Shown in pieces: positions 21,994 to 31,522 of a stretch of DNA of 64,000 bases. Source of the DNA: an uncultured Pseudomonadota bacterium. GTDB lineage: Bacteria; Pseudomonadota; Gammaproteobacteria; CAJXQU01. The notes beneath the pieces are model-generated. The model saw only the letters and a list, made by a program, of their open reading frames with translations. It was not told the origin of the DNA and did no database searches. Location: NCBI GenBank assembly GCA_913058255.1, contig CAJXQU010000001.1, positions 502,886 through 566,885 of the forward strand, read 5' to 3'. Made by a program: the position numbers and the translations under genes. Every line of letters begins with the position of its first letter. The stretch's first letter is position 1.

Positions 21994-23508
21994 ATGGAAT
22001 ACAATAAAGAAGAATATATCTCACCTCAATGGCCGGGTTTTCGCCGAGCCTGGTGGATTGTTGCGATAATCCTGTTTATCTTATTGCTACTGATGTGGCT
22101 CATGGGGTATGGACCAGGAGGTAAGGCCTGCAAAGTTCCTGCAGAAGTCCGTACGGTTGAAAAACTAGTTGCAGCGCCTGATGTGACGGCTCCACTGATC
22201 ACTTTGAATGACCTGTCGGTGTTAAATCTCGTTAGAGGTGAAAAGTATGTTGAAGCTGGAGCAAGAGCTATCGACGGCACAGATGGGAATATGACCGTGA
22301 TGACGAGCGGTGAGGTTGATACGAGTAAAGTCGGTGAATATATCGTCACTTACACAGTCATAGATGCTGCGGGTAACAGTACGACAGAGACTAGAAAAGT
22401 TACTGTGACTGAGCCTGTTGATACAGCAGCACCTGAGATCAAATTAAAGGGTGAGTCGATCGTTTATTTAAAAGCAGGTGAAAAATATATAGATGCCGGC
22501 GCCGATGGAACTGATCTTATTGATGGGAAGCTTTCAGTCGAGTCGAAAGGCAAAGTGGACACCTCGAAAGCTGGGGAATATGTGATTTCATATCGAGTGA
22601 CGGATGAAGCTGGTAACCATGCAACAGCAACTCGTAAAGTGGTTGTCATTGCTCCTGATAATGAGGCTCCAATTATAAGTTTGAATGATGCATCTGTTAT
22701 CTATTTGAAATCCGATGAAACGTACATTGAAGCCGGAGCAAAAGCTGTTGATGCTAATGACGGAGATCTCCAGATTACGACTGAAGGTGCGGTCGACACA
22801 AACAAAGCTGGCGAATATATTATCACTTATAAAGTGACAGACTCAGCTGGTAATGTTGCTACAAAAACTAGGAGAGTCATTGTTACGGTTGCAGATGACA
22901 TTGATCCTGTTATCAGCCTCAATGGTTCCTCTGTTTTATATTTAGAACGAGGTGAGAGTTATACTGAAGCTGGTGCTAAAGCATACGATAATAATGATGG
23001 TGCCGTGAAAGTTATTGCTAGTGGTTTTGTTGATACTAATAAGGTGGGCAGTTATTTACTGAGTTATACAGCAGTTGATAAAACGGGAAACAGAGCAACA
23101 GCGACACGTAAGATTATTGTTTCGCCCCGCGCAACGACAAACCTCGCTGAACCAACGTCTCCAACCGTTATTTCTGAGTCTACAAAGGAAGTAATGCCTA
23201 GTACGAAACTGTATTTTGGTTTGGATAAAGATGACAATCCGAGGGATACAGATAAATCATTAGCAACGGTAATTGAATACTTGAAGACTAACAGCAAATC
23301 GAGAGCTTCCATCTCGGGTTTTCATGACCCAAGTGGCCATCATGCCTATAACAAAGATTTAGCGAATCGACGTGCGAAAACGGTAATGATGATGTTGAAT
23401 ACTGCAGGAATTTCTGCAGAACGAATCGTGATACAGAAGCCTGTAGAAACGACAGGAACAGGCTCGCCTAAAGAAGCTCGTCGTGTGGAAGTCTCTATCG
23501 TGAAGTAA
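21994..23508 (+). CDS. Membrane-anchored protein with four tandem Ig-like (DUF5011-type) repeats and a C-terminal OmpA-like peptidoglycan-binding domain
   Basis: N-terminal TM helix. Four ~80-aa repeats with the pattern D..AP.I.L.G.S..YL..GE.Y.EAGA.A.D..DG.L.V...G.VDT.K.G.Y.I.Y.VTD.AGN.AT.TRKV.V. The C-terminus has OmpA-like hallmarks (NxxLAxRRAxxV, ARRVE). Starts 3 nt after the preceding gene. Confidence 0.55.
   Translation: MEYNKEEYISPQWPGFRRAWWIVAIILFILLLLMWLMGYGPGGKACKVPAEVRTVEKLVAAPDVTAPLITLNDLSVLNLVRGEKYVEAGARAIDGTDGNMTVMTSGEVDTSKVGEYIVTYTVIDAAGNSTTETRKVTVTEPVDTAAPEIKLKGESIVYLKAGEKYIDAGADGTDLIDGKLSVESKGKVDTSKAGEYVISYRVTDEAGNHATATRKVVVIAPDNEAPIISLNDASVIYLKSDETYIEAGAKAVDANDGDLQITTEGAVDTNKAGEYIITYKVTDSAGNVATKTRRVIVTVADDIDPVISLNGSSVLYLERGESYTEAGAKAYDNNDGAVKVIASGFVDTNKVGSYLLSYTAVDKTGNRATATRKIIVSPRATTNLAEPTSPTVISESTKEVMPSTKLYFGLDKDDNPRDTDKSLATVIEYLKTNSKSRASISGFHDPSGHHAYNKDLANRRAKTVMMMLNTAGISAERIVIQKPVETTGTGSPKEARRVEVSIVK
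22183..23134 (+). repeat. Four tandem ~240-bp coding repeats (Ig-like modules) inside the 21994-23508 gene
   Basis: The protein-level repeat units recur with conserved spacing. The units have diverged, not identical copies. Confidence 0.6.
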
Positions 23509-23538
23509 TTTTACGATTAGTTAAGTGAGTTAAATTTG

Positions 23539-23586
23539 AAAGGGGTGGCTATAATAGTAAAGTAATAGCCATCCCTTTCTTTAGTT
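23539..23586. terminator. Hairpin terminator between convergent genes
   Basis: 13-bp stem AAAGGGGUGGCUA / UAGCCAUCCCUUU (one G-U), followed by CUUUAGUUUU. Sits between the stop of the + gene (23508) and the stop of the - gene (23587). Confidence 0.5.
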
Positions 23587-24363
23587 TTAAAACCAATAAG
23601 ATAACCCCAGATGTGTACGTAGTTCAATGTCAGAACTGGATGTTAACGGGCTCTGTGTGATCGTACTTGGTAAATGCTCGTACATTAGGCCGCCTTTTAG
23701 TGAAAAGTGTTTAGCAATACGAGTTTTTACTTCAACGCCAAAGAAAGGAATCAGTGCTGAGTTTCCTTGATGTTTTTTTCTATTGGGAGTGGCTTCAGAA
23801 TTTTTTACGCCATAATAGTAGTCGACTACGTCTTTACTCTGCCAACGAAAACCTCCAGATAAACCAACGGTAAGCTCAGGACCACCATTCCATTTTTCAG
23901 TATAAAATGGCTCTCCAAAACGAATCTCAATTTCTTGACCTTTATGATTGCCCAGAACATCAGAGAGCACATGCAAGCTGAGTAAGCCATAATCAGTTTT
24001 TAAACTCGCACGACCACCAACCTCTAAAGATGATTGACGCTCACCCATTCCTTTTAGAATTGGAGAATCATCGTGTTCGTAACCATAATATAAAGTCTTA
24101 GCTAAAATTTCGAGATTATATTGTTCATTGTTATAAATGCTATATGAGATCGAGTTAGAATCTATATTGAGGCTTTCACCACGATACTCTAAGTGTAAGA
24201 GGACAATATTTTTATTTTTTTGTTCTGTATAAATAGATGAACGTATTGCATTGACACCTAGACCCCATTGTTCTGTAAATAAATCTTCCGCGAAAGAATG
24301 TTTAGGTACAAAAATGAACGTAGAAACTGATAGTATTAGGCATTTTTTTGATAGTGTATTCAT
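23587..24363 (-). CDS. MipA/OmpV-family outer-membrane beta-barrel protein
   Basis: Signal peptide, alternating amphipathic beta-strand pattern, C-terminal aromatic (…LGLSYWF). 258 aa, typical MipA size. Adjacent to a two-component system. Confidence 0.55.
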   Translation of the reverse strand: MNTLSKKCLILSVSTFIFVPKHSFAEDLFTEQWGLGVNAIRSSIYTEQKNKNIVLLHLEYRGESLNIDSNSISYSIYNNEQYNLEILAKTLYYGYEHDDSPILKGMGERQSSLEVGGRASLKTDYGLLSLHVLSDVLGNHKGQEIEIRFGEPFYTEKWNGGPELTVGLSGGFRWQSKDVVDYYYGVKNSEATPNRKKHQGNSALIPFFGVEVKTRIAKHFSLKGGLMYEHLPSTITQSPLTSSSDIELRTHLGLSYWF

Positions 24364-24480
24364 AGTTAATAAACTCTGATGATAGATTAAATAGTGAGTT
24401 CATCATAAGGAAAGAAAAATTTTAGCTCTGTAAGTACTTTGTGTTGATGTGTAACAAAATGTACAGTTGAAATGAAGCTC

Positions 24481-26073
24481 TCAAGTTTGAGAATAAATTG
24501 GCCAGCTTAAGGTAAAACAAGCTCCGCCTAAACGTGAGTCAGAAATATGTATTGAACCCTGGTGAGCTTCAATAATTTTTTTTGTAATAGCTAAGCCGAG
24601 ACCATGCCCTCCGGTTTTTCGATGACGACTGATATCAAGTCTAGTGAATGCATTGAAAATACGTTCTCTGTCTTCTACTGGAATACCAATACCATCATCT
24701 TCAATACGGATCTGTAGCAGGTCCTTCTTAACGAAAAGCGATAAGCTTATGGTTTGGTTGCCGTAAAGGCTGGCGTTGCGCAATAGGTTATGAATGGCGC
24801 GAGCAAAATGCCGAGGGTTTATTTGTGTTGTGAGATTGAGAGGTAGACCATTAAAAAAATGTATAAATGTTTTGTCACTCATATAGCTAGATGTTTGTTC
24901 TATTATATTTTCTAGCCAAGGGATAACTTCGATTGTTTCAAAATCCTCTGTAGTTTTTAAACGCTCAAAACGAGCGTAGCGAAGTAGCTCATTAACAAGA
25001 TCTTCTAACTCATCAACATCTGAATTTAAGCCGCCTAGATAACGCTCCCTAGAATCTTCATTACTATTAGATAGCATATCGAGACCAAAACGCATTCGTG
25101 CGATGGGAGTGCGCAACTCATGAGAGACTGCGTTGGTTAATTCACGGTGGCCTGTAACTAGATGACTAACTCGATCAGCCATAGTGTTAAATTGTTGCGC
25201 GAGTTTGCCAAGAGATTTTGTCTTTTTTATATCGGTACGAGCAGTTAATTCACCTCGACCAAAATCATCCGCGGTTTGGCTAATATTCTTTATAGATAAC
25301 CAAAGTGGACGTAACCATAAGAGCAATGCTGTTGCGAGTGAGGCGAGAAAAACTCCAAGTAAAGCTGACATAAATGTCATGAGGCTAATGGGTTGTTTGA
25401 TCGGTCCAAATTGTAAGGTGTAGGGTGAATTTTTCAATTTACCAAAAAATCGCCAACGGTTAGTATTATGGTCAAGTGCTATTACCTTTCCATTCTCCAT
25501 AAGTATTTTTTGTTTTGAAGATAATGAAAGTTCTGAGTCTTTGACCAAACTAATTGGAAAGCCGAAATGAGGTTGCAGGTTTTTGATCAGCTGTACCCAC
25601 GTCGTTTGTGGTGCTTTGAGCAACTCTTGTTCTAGTAGGTAAAATGTTCCTTGAGCTTGTTTATGATCCTCTTCTGTTTGGCTTTCAGAAAATGCGATGG
25701 CTAATACTGAACCAGAATCTTGTAATCTGGAAATATTGTAATTAGCATCATCAATGTCAGGATGTAAAGATTCCCCTGCATTAATTTTGGTCCAATTTTT
25801 TTTATTGATCAGAACATTTTCAGGTTCTAATATCTGTAGGGGATAACCAAAGTGTTCTTGTAAATTATGTAGAGCTTTTTGTTGTTCAGCATTACTTAAG
25901 CCCTTTAATTTTTTATCTAGTAAATAAAATGAGCCACGGGTTAGTTTATCTTCGTATTGATCTATTTTTTTAGATAAAATGATGTCAGGTAGATATTCAA
26001 TTGCTAGAACAAAACCAACCAAAAATACAGTAAGGAATAAAAATAGAGGAAGGAAAATTCTAAACATTACCAA
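24481..26073 (-). CDS. Sensor histidine kinase (two TM helices, HAMP, HisKA, HATPase_c) with ~200-aa periplasmic domain
   Basis: H-box SHELRTPI, with N, G1 (DDGIGI) and G2 (GGHGLGL) boxes. Overlaps the response-regulator stop by 7 nt. Confidence 0.85.
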   Translation of the reverse strand: MVMFRIFLPLFLFLTVFLVGFVLAIEYLPDIILSKKIDQYEDKLTRGSFYLLDKKLKGLSNAEQQKALHNLQEHFGYPLQILEPENVLINKKNWTKINAGESLHPDIDDANYNISRLQDSGSVLAIAFSESQTEEDHKQAQGTFYLLEQELLKAPQTTWVQLIKNLQPHFGFPISLVKDSELSLSSKQKILMENGKVIALDHNTNRWRFFGKLKNSPYTLQFGPIKQPISLMTFMSALLGVFLASLATALLLWLRPLWLSIKNISQTADDFGRGELTARTDIKKTKSLGKLAQQFNTMADRVSHLVTGHRELTNAVSHELRTPIARMRFGLDMLSNSNEDSRERYLGGLNSDVDELEDLVNELLRYARFERLKTTEDFETIEVIPWLENIIEQTSSYMSDKTFIHFFNGLPLNLTTQINPRHFARAIHNLLRNASLYGNQTISLSLFVKKDLLQIRIEDDGIGIPVEDRERIFNAFTRLDISRHRKTGGHGLGLAITKKIIEAHQGSIHISDSRLGGACFTLSWPIYSQT

Positions 26074-26780
26074 GCATCCTTTACAAATAAATAACCTTTA
26101 CCCCAAATGGTTTTAATCTTGTTAGGATGAACAGAGTTATCGCCGAGTTTATTTCTTAATCGAGAAATTCGAATGTCAACCCAGCGATCAAGACCATCGT
26201 AATCAATTTTTCTGACAGCCAGTAATATTTCTTCGCGACCCATGATTTCTCCAGCATGAGAACAGAGGAAGTATAATAAATCAAATTCATTACTGGTGAG
26301 TTCAAGTTCTTTTTGGTCTAAGATTGCTTGGCGCGATGATTGATTAATTTGCAATGAACCAAAATTGAACGTTGTTGTTTGGTCTATGTTTTTCTCGAAC
26401 TTCGTCTGGCGACGCAAAAGTGCATTAACTCTGGCAAGTAAAACACGTGGTTCAACAGGTTTGATCACATAATCATCTGCCCCCAGTTCTAATCCAATAA
26501 TTTGATCAATGTCTTCATCTTTTGCTGACAGAATTAATACCGCCCCTACATATTGAGATTGAACTTGTTTATAAACGTTAAGTCCATCCAAACCTGGAAG
26601 CATAAGATCAAGTATGACTAAATCTGGTTGTTCTGTAATAATTCGACTAACGGCCAGATCCCCACGTGTCTCATGAGAGATAAGGAAGTTACTCTTTTCA
26701 AGATATTCTTTTATCAGATCGGCAAGACGTTGATCATCCTCGATTAATAAGATGTGCTCTTTATTCGTTAAGTTTGACAT
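26067..26780 (-). CDS. OmpR-family response regulator
   Basis: Receiver domain (DD…D…K pattern, ILLIEDD start) plus a winged-helix trans_reg_C C-terminus (RWVDIRISRLRNKL…GKGYLF). Confidence 0.85.
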   Translation of the reverse strand: MSNLTNKEHILLIEDDQRLADLIKEYLEKSNFLISHETRGDLAVSRIITEQPDLVILDLMLPGLDGLNVYKQVQSQYVGAVLILSAKDEDIDQIIGLELGADDYVIKPVEPRVLLARVNALLRRQTKFEKNIDQTTTFNFGSLQINQSSRQAILDQKELELTSNEFDLLYFLCSHAGEIMGREEILLAVRKIDYDGLDRWVDIRISRLRNKLGDNSVHPNKIKTIWGKGYLFVKDAW

Positions 26781-27118
26781 AATTTACAATCCAACGTTCA
26801 ATGTTGTTTTTTTCATTATAATGAAGTTAACATTTTTAGTTGTAAGATAAGCATCTTGAAAGTGTATCAATTTGTAGGGTTGCATATTTGAGGTAAAGAG
26901 TTTTTTAGCTTGATCTTTGATACGAATTTCCATTCTTTAACTTATACCTAAATTAGAAATGGAAAGTTATTTGATAGCATTTCTTATATGAACAGGCTCT
27001 TACCTCACCAATATTATGGAAAGTAGAATACAGGTTGGTGATAAAAAACTTAGTTCCATTACAATGAAACTAACTTCCCTTGACCTGCAAAAAATTAACG
27101 AAATACCTCCTTAAAGCT

Positions 27119-28231
27119 ATGAAAAAAATAATCGCTGACCCTAATATCCCAATGTTAGATAGCTTTGAACTGATGGGTGAAGTTGTAAAAATGCCAGGTC
27201 GAGAGTGGACAAATCAACTCGTGTTAGATGCTGATATTTTGTTGACTCGTTCGGTAACGAAGGTGAATGAAGCGCTATTAAAGAATAGTCAGGTTAAATT
27301 TGTCGGTTCCGCAACGAGTGGTTTTGATCATGTTGATCGAGATTATCTAGAACGGAAGGGCATTCATTTTTCCTATTGCCCCGGCAGTAATGCCGTTTCT
27401 GTGGCTGAGTACGTTGTCTCCGCTTTACTCTCGGTTATTGCTCCTGAGAAAAAACTACATGGTCTAACAGCGGGGGTGATTGGTTGTGGTCAGGTCGGTT
27501 CACGAGTGATCGAAAAGCTCGAAGCTGTTGGGATTGAATGTATTTTAAACGATCCTCCGCTTAACGATTTAAATGATGATGGACGTTATCGACCTTTGGA
27601 AGAAGCGTTGTCGGCAGATATCGTTACCCTGCATACGCCGCTCATTTATGAAGGTAAGTATCCGACGAATAAATTGATCAATTTGCAGCATTTTCAGCAA
27701 ATGAAACCAGATGTGATCTTTATCAACTCTGCCAGAGGTTTTGTGGTGGATGAAACGGACTTATTTGTGCATATGAGGAGTAACCCATCGATGAAAACAG
27801 TGATCGACTGTTGGGAGGGTGAACCGGATATTGATCATCGCTTATTAGAAAAAGTCTCAATCGGTACGCCTCATATTGCCGGGTATAGTTATGATGGGAA
27901 GATAAAAGCGACCCGGATGCTTCACGAGTCAGTGTGTGAGTTTTTCCAAATCAATTCAGCTTGGCCTGTTGAAAACAATATGAATAAAAAAGTAGTTGAA
28001 TTGACGGAGTTAATGGATAGCCACGCTTATTTACGACAAGCAGTTCTATCGAGTTATGATGTCCGTATTGATGATAAAAAGATGAGAACTTTACTTAAGC
28101 TTTCGGTCGAAGCATCTAAAAAGGCCTTTGATGATTTAAGAAAGAACTATGCTGAGCGTCGTGAATTTGATCAAATTGCGTTCAAGACGGATCAACATGT
28201 TCAAGCTCTTGCTGACTTGGGTTTTCAATAA
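27119..28231 (+). CDS. pdxB: Erythronate-4-phosphate dehydrogenase
   Basis: Collinear with the E. coli PdxB sequence as recalled from memory (MKILxDENxP-like start, SVTKVNExLL, GxGxVG NAD motif, C-terminal dimerisation domain with YDVRxDD). Start moved to the Met matching the E. coli N-terminus. Confidence 0.8.
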   Translation: MKKIIADPNIPMLDSFELMGEVVKMPGREWTNQLVLDADILLTRSVTKVNEALLKNSQVKFVGSATSGFDHVDRDYLERKGIHFSYCPGSNAVSVAEYVVSALLSVIAPEKKLHGLTAGVIGCGQVGSRVIEKLEAVGIECILNDPPLNDLNDDGRYRPLEEALSADIVTLHTPLIYEGKYPTNKLINLQHFQQMKPDVIFINSARGFVVDETDLFVHMRSNPSMKTVIDCWEGEPDIDHRLLEKVSIGTPHIAGYSYDGKIKATRMLHESVCEFFQINSAWPVENNMNKKVVELTELMDSHAYLRQAVLSSYDVRIDDKKMRTLLKLSVEASKKAFDDLRKNYAERREFDQIAFKTDQHVQALADLGFQ

Positions 28232-28377
28232 AGTTATTTTTTATAATAGAACAATATTATACGTTTACTTGTTTTCAGTTAGATGTACGCATCTTTTTAG
28301 TTGATCTGAGAGGTTCTGTAGAGGCCTTAATCATTTCGTGGAATAAGTCGCTTTGAGTTTATAAAGGGAGAAAGAGT

Positions 28378-29400
28378 TTGAAAATATTATTAATAATCGC
28401 CGTTTTTGCATTTATTTTTTGGTCGTATGGTTCTACGGTCAAAGATATTTATTTAGTGTATAAAAAACGTAAGTTAAATAGCCAAATGAAAAAGATGGAA
28501 GTAGAGGCTCGATCTGACGAGGTGCGAACTATCAGAAGAACAGCTAAGAAAAAACAACTGGAACCATTTGTTGAACTGATTAATGCCGCTAGCTCAGATA
28601 CGATTGGAGAGTTAGTGTCTACCAATTTCAAGTCACCGTTATTAGAAAAATTTGCCCAACAGCATGATGGAAATGCTAAGGCACATTTTTTATATGGAAA
28701 CTTGTTGATAGATAAGGCTTGGAAAGCTCGAAGTGGTGCTGTTGCCGAGCAAGTTTCAGAAAAACAATTTGATGGTTTTTTCAACTTTCTCTCTCAGTCA
28801 GAACAGTCGCTACTCAAATCTAGGGATCTGGACAGAACTTTTGTTGGTGTCTACTCGAGTTTGCTTACCGTCGCTATGGGGCAAAGTGATAAGGAACGAG
28901 CTTATCAAATCTATAAGGAAGCTTCTCAGCTAGCCCCCGAGCGGCTGGACTATCATTTAAATATGTTAGTTTTACTCACTGAGAAATGGCTGGGAACAGA
29001 AGAAGAAATGTTTGAGTTTGCACGTAAGCATGCTCGTAGGGTTTCAACAGGCCCGCTTAAAGGTTTAATTCCTGCGGCTCATTTTGAGGCTCAACTCTTC
29101 TTGGAAGCAGATGAAAAGGAGGCGTATTTTAGTCAATCAGAGATACAACAAGAGATTCGAGAAGCTTATGCAGGCGTTGAAAATATAGAGGCTGGTGTCG
29201 GGTTTAACGAAAGGCATCAGTATTTTCTGGCATTGAACTTCTTTGTGGTCATTTTCCAGTATATGGAAGACAACAAAACCGCGCGTGAAATTTACGAAAA
29301 AATTGGTGGAAACCATACAGATAGCCCTTGGGGGAATATCGGTAAAGATACTCGCGAAGCATTCATGAAATACAAAAGGTTGGCTTATGAAGGGAAATAA
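28378..29400 (+). CDS. Hypothetical N-terminally anchored protein, first gene of a four-gene operon
   Basis: Single N-terminal TM helix followed by a ~310-aa soluble, largely helical domain. Its stop abuts the ATG of the next gene (TAAATG). Confidence 0.4.
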   Translation: MKILLIIAVFAFIFWSYGSTVKDIYLVYKKRKLNSQMKKMEVEARSDEVRTIRRTAKKKQLEPFVELINAASSDTIGELVSTNFKSPLLEKFAQQHDGNAKAHFLYGNLLIDKAWKARSGAVAEQVSEKQFDGFFNFLSQSEQSLLKSRDLDRTFVGVYSSLLTVAMGQSDKERAYQIYKEASQLAPERLDYHLNMLVLLTEKWLGTEEEMFEFARKHARRVSTGPLKGLIPAAHFEAQLFLEADEKEAYFSQSEIQQEIREAYAGVENIEAGVGFNERHQYFLALNFFVVIFQYMEDNKTAREIYEKIGGNHTDSPWGNIGKDTREAFMKYKRLAYEGK

Positions 29401-30429
29401 ATGATCAGTTTACCCAAGAATTTGTCCGTCGATAAAAGCGGGCTTTTTCAACTTGCCTCAGAACTACCTCTTAGTCGAAAGGTTGTCGAAAGTACTCTGG
29501 AAAGTATTGGCGGGCTGCCCGACCGAGAAGATTGGCACGGGTGGCTTACGGTCATTTTGTATGGCCTTGGAACAGCTCTCTTTCTTGCTGGAGTTATTTT
29601 TTTCTTTGCATATAACTGGGAGCAACTGGAGCGGTTTGAACGTTTTGCCTTGCTAGGATTGGGAGTTGTTATTTCCGCTACGGCGGCCTATTGGCTTGGG
29701 CTTGAAAAGCTTTCTGGAAAGCTATGGTTGACGACAGCATCGATTATTACCGGAGTTCTTTTAGCGACATTTGGTATGGTTTATCAAACCGGTGCTGATA
29801 GTTATGTTTTGTTCTATTCTTGGGCAGCTTTGATAGCCCCCTGGGTTATCGCGGCTAGATTTCAGCCACTTTGGTTGATCTGGCTTGTTCTCGTAAACAT
29901 GGCTGTATTGCGCTGGGCGTATATTGTTAAACCATCATTTCTTGATCCTGAGAACTTTCTGCATCAATTGATGTTGTTAGGTTTTGTGATCAACGCCGTT
30001 ATGCTATTGGTTAGAGAAACTACTTCTTTGATACATTTAGATCCTGCAACGGGAAGATGGCTACCGCGGATTATTGCGGCCAGCTTGCTCGCAGGATTGA
30101 CCGCTATCCCTGTAGAAGGAATTATTGATGATGATCAAGGGTTCGCTTGGTCTATTTTGCTTGGGTTATATTTTATTACGTTAGTTTCTATCGGTTATTT
30201 CTACGTGAATAAACGTCACGATTTAGTCATGTTGACATTAGCCATGATCAGCATAATGGTTGTTTTGACAGTCGGGGTTATTCATACACTATTTGAAAAT
30301 AGTTTTGATGATGGAATGTTTTTTATTACCGGGATAATTATCATTTTAGAAACGGCTGCCGCTGCAGCAATACTGATGCACTTCTACAAAAAATGGAAAG
30401 TAGAGGAGGAGTATAATGAGTTATCGTAG
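29401..30429 (+). CDS. Polytopic membrane protein (DUF2157-like) of the GDYXXLXY-associated operon
   Basis: ~55-aa cytoplasmic N-terminus followed by 8-9 hydrophobic helices. The family call rests on a remembered association of DUF2157/DUF4401 with GDYXXLXY proteins. Confidence 0.4.
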   Translation: MISLPKNLSVDKSGLFQLASELPLSRKVVESTLESIGGLPDREDWHGWLTVILYGLGTALFLAGVIFFFAYNWEQLERFERFALLGLGVVISATAAYWLGLEKLSGKLWLTTASIITGVLLATFGMVYQTGADSYVLFYSWAALIAPWVIAARFQPLWLIWLVLVNMAVLRWAYIVKPSFLDPENFLHQLMLLGFVINAVMLLVRETTSLIHLDPATGRWLPRIIAASLLAGLTAIPVEGIIDDDQGFAWSILLGLYFITLVSIGYFYVNKRHDLVMLTLAMISIMVVLTVGVIHTLFENSFDDGMFFITGIIIILETAAAAAILMHFYKKWKVEEEYNELS

Positions 30430-31522
30430 CGATATTATTGATGTTTTAATCGAAGAAAAGCATCTTGAACTCAGTGAAAAAGATCACGCCTTCGATGTTT
30501 TAAATCAAACTTCAACATCAAACTCACCGTGGTATATCCAACTGCTTATTGGTGGAGGTGCTTGGCTAGCATCTTTGTTATTTATGATCTTTATCGGCTT
30601 TACAGGAGTTTTTAATGATCAAGTAAGCTATATTATTTTAGGTGCTGTCATCGTCGTTATTACATTAGCCTTATCTATGCTCACGCATAGATCGAGTTCG
30701 CTGTTTTTAGAACAAGTCTTATTAGCGGCCAGCTTGACAGGACACGGTTCTCTTATTCTAGGACTCGCCGGACAGTATACTGAGCAGACAATCATCATCG
30801 CTACCGCAGTGATATTTTTATCGACGATCAATATTCTTTTATACAAAAGCCTATTTCATAAACTGTTAGCCACTTGGGGCTTCCTCCTTGGTAGCGCGAT
30901 ATTTATGTATGAGCTAGGCTTCGCCCAACTACCTCTGATGGTCTTTTTTCTGCTAATTCCTTCGGCATTAATGGCATGGATGTGGATGAATGAATCGCGC
31001 TTTGTTGTTGGCAAATGGGCTGAAATAGGAAAGCCCATTTTATATGCGTTAACGCTGTATGTGTTGTATGGAGCGAGAATTTCTGAGCAGCTTTCTTGGA
31101 TAGTTCATGACTTCCTCAATAGAGATGGTGATGCAATCGTTAACGCTGCTTTGTATATTAAAGCCTTGGGAGTCGGTTATTTTATTATTCTAGCCTATGT
31201 GATTTCAGCTATTCTAAAACGTTTGAAGGTAAGTCTAATAAGCTTTTTGGGAGTGGGTTTAATCCTAGTCTCAGCATTTCTGTCCGCTGCTTTTTATCAA
31301 AGTTCTTCGATACTCGTGGCTTTAATTCTTCTTTTGATTGGTATTGAGCGCGGTAACAAAATATTAGTTCCCTTAGCGGTTATTTCACTCGTGGCATTTT
31401 ATAGTGAATACTATTACAACCTTGATTTGACGTTAATGAAGAAGTCGATAGTTTTAGCTTCTAGTGGTTTGGTCTTGTTGTTAGCGGGCTGGTTAACGAA
31501 TCGTTTGGGAGAACGAACATGA
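30416..31522 (+). CDS. Polytopic membrane protein (DUF4401-like) of the GDYXXLXY-associated operon
   Basis: 368 aa with ~10 hydrophobic helices. Overlaps the neighbouring genes at both ends. Confidence 0.4.
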   Translation: MSYRSDIIDVLIEEKHLELSEKDHAFDVLNQTSTSNSPWYIQLLIGGGAWLASLLFMIFIGFTGVFNDQVSYIILGAVIVVITLALSMLTHRSSSLFLEQVLLAASLTGHGSLILGLAGQYTEQTIIIATAVIFLSTINILLYKSLFHKLLATWGFLLGSAIFMYELGFAQLPLMVFFLLIPSALMAWMWMNESRFVVGKWAEIGKPILYALTLYVLYGARISEQLSWIVHDFLNRDGDAIVNAALYIKALGVGYFIILAYVISAILKRLKVSLISFLGVGLILVSAFLSAAFYQSSSILVALILLLIGIERGNKILVPLAVISLVAFYSEYYYNLDLTLMKKSIVLASSGLVLLLAGWLTNRLGERT

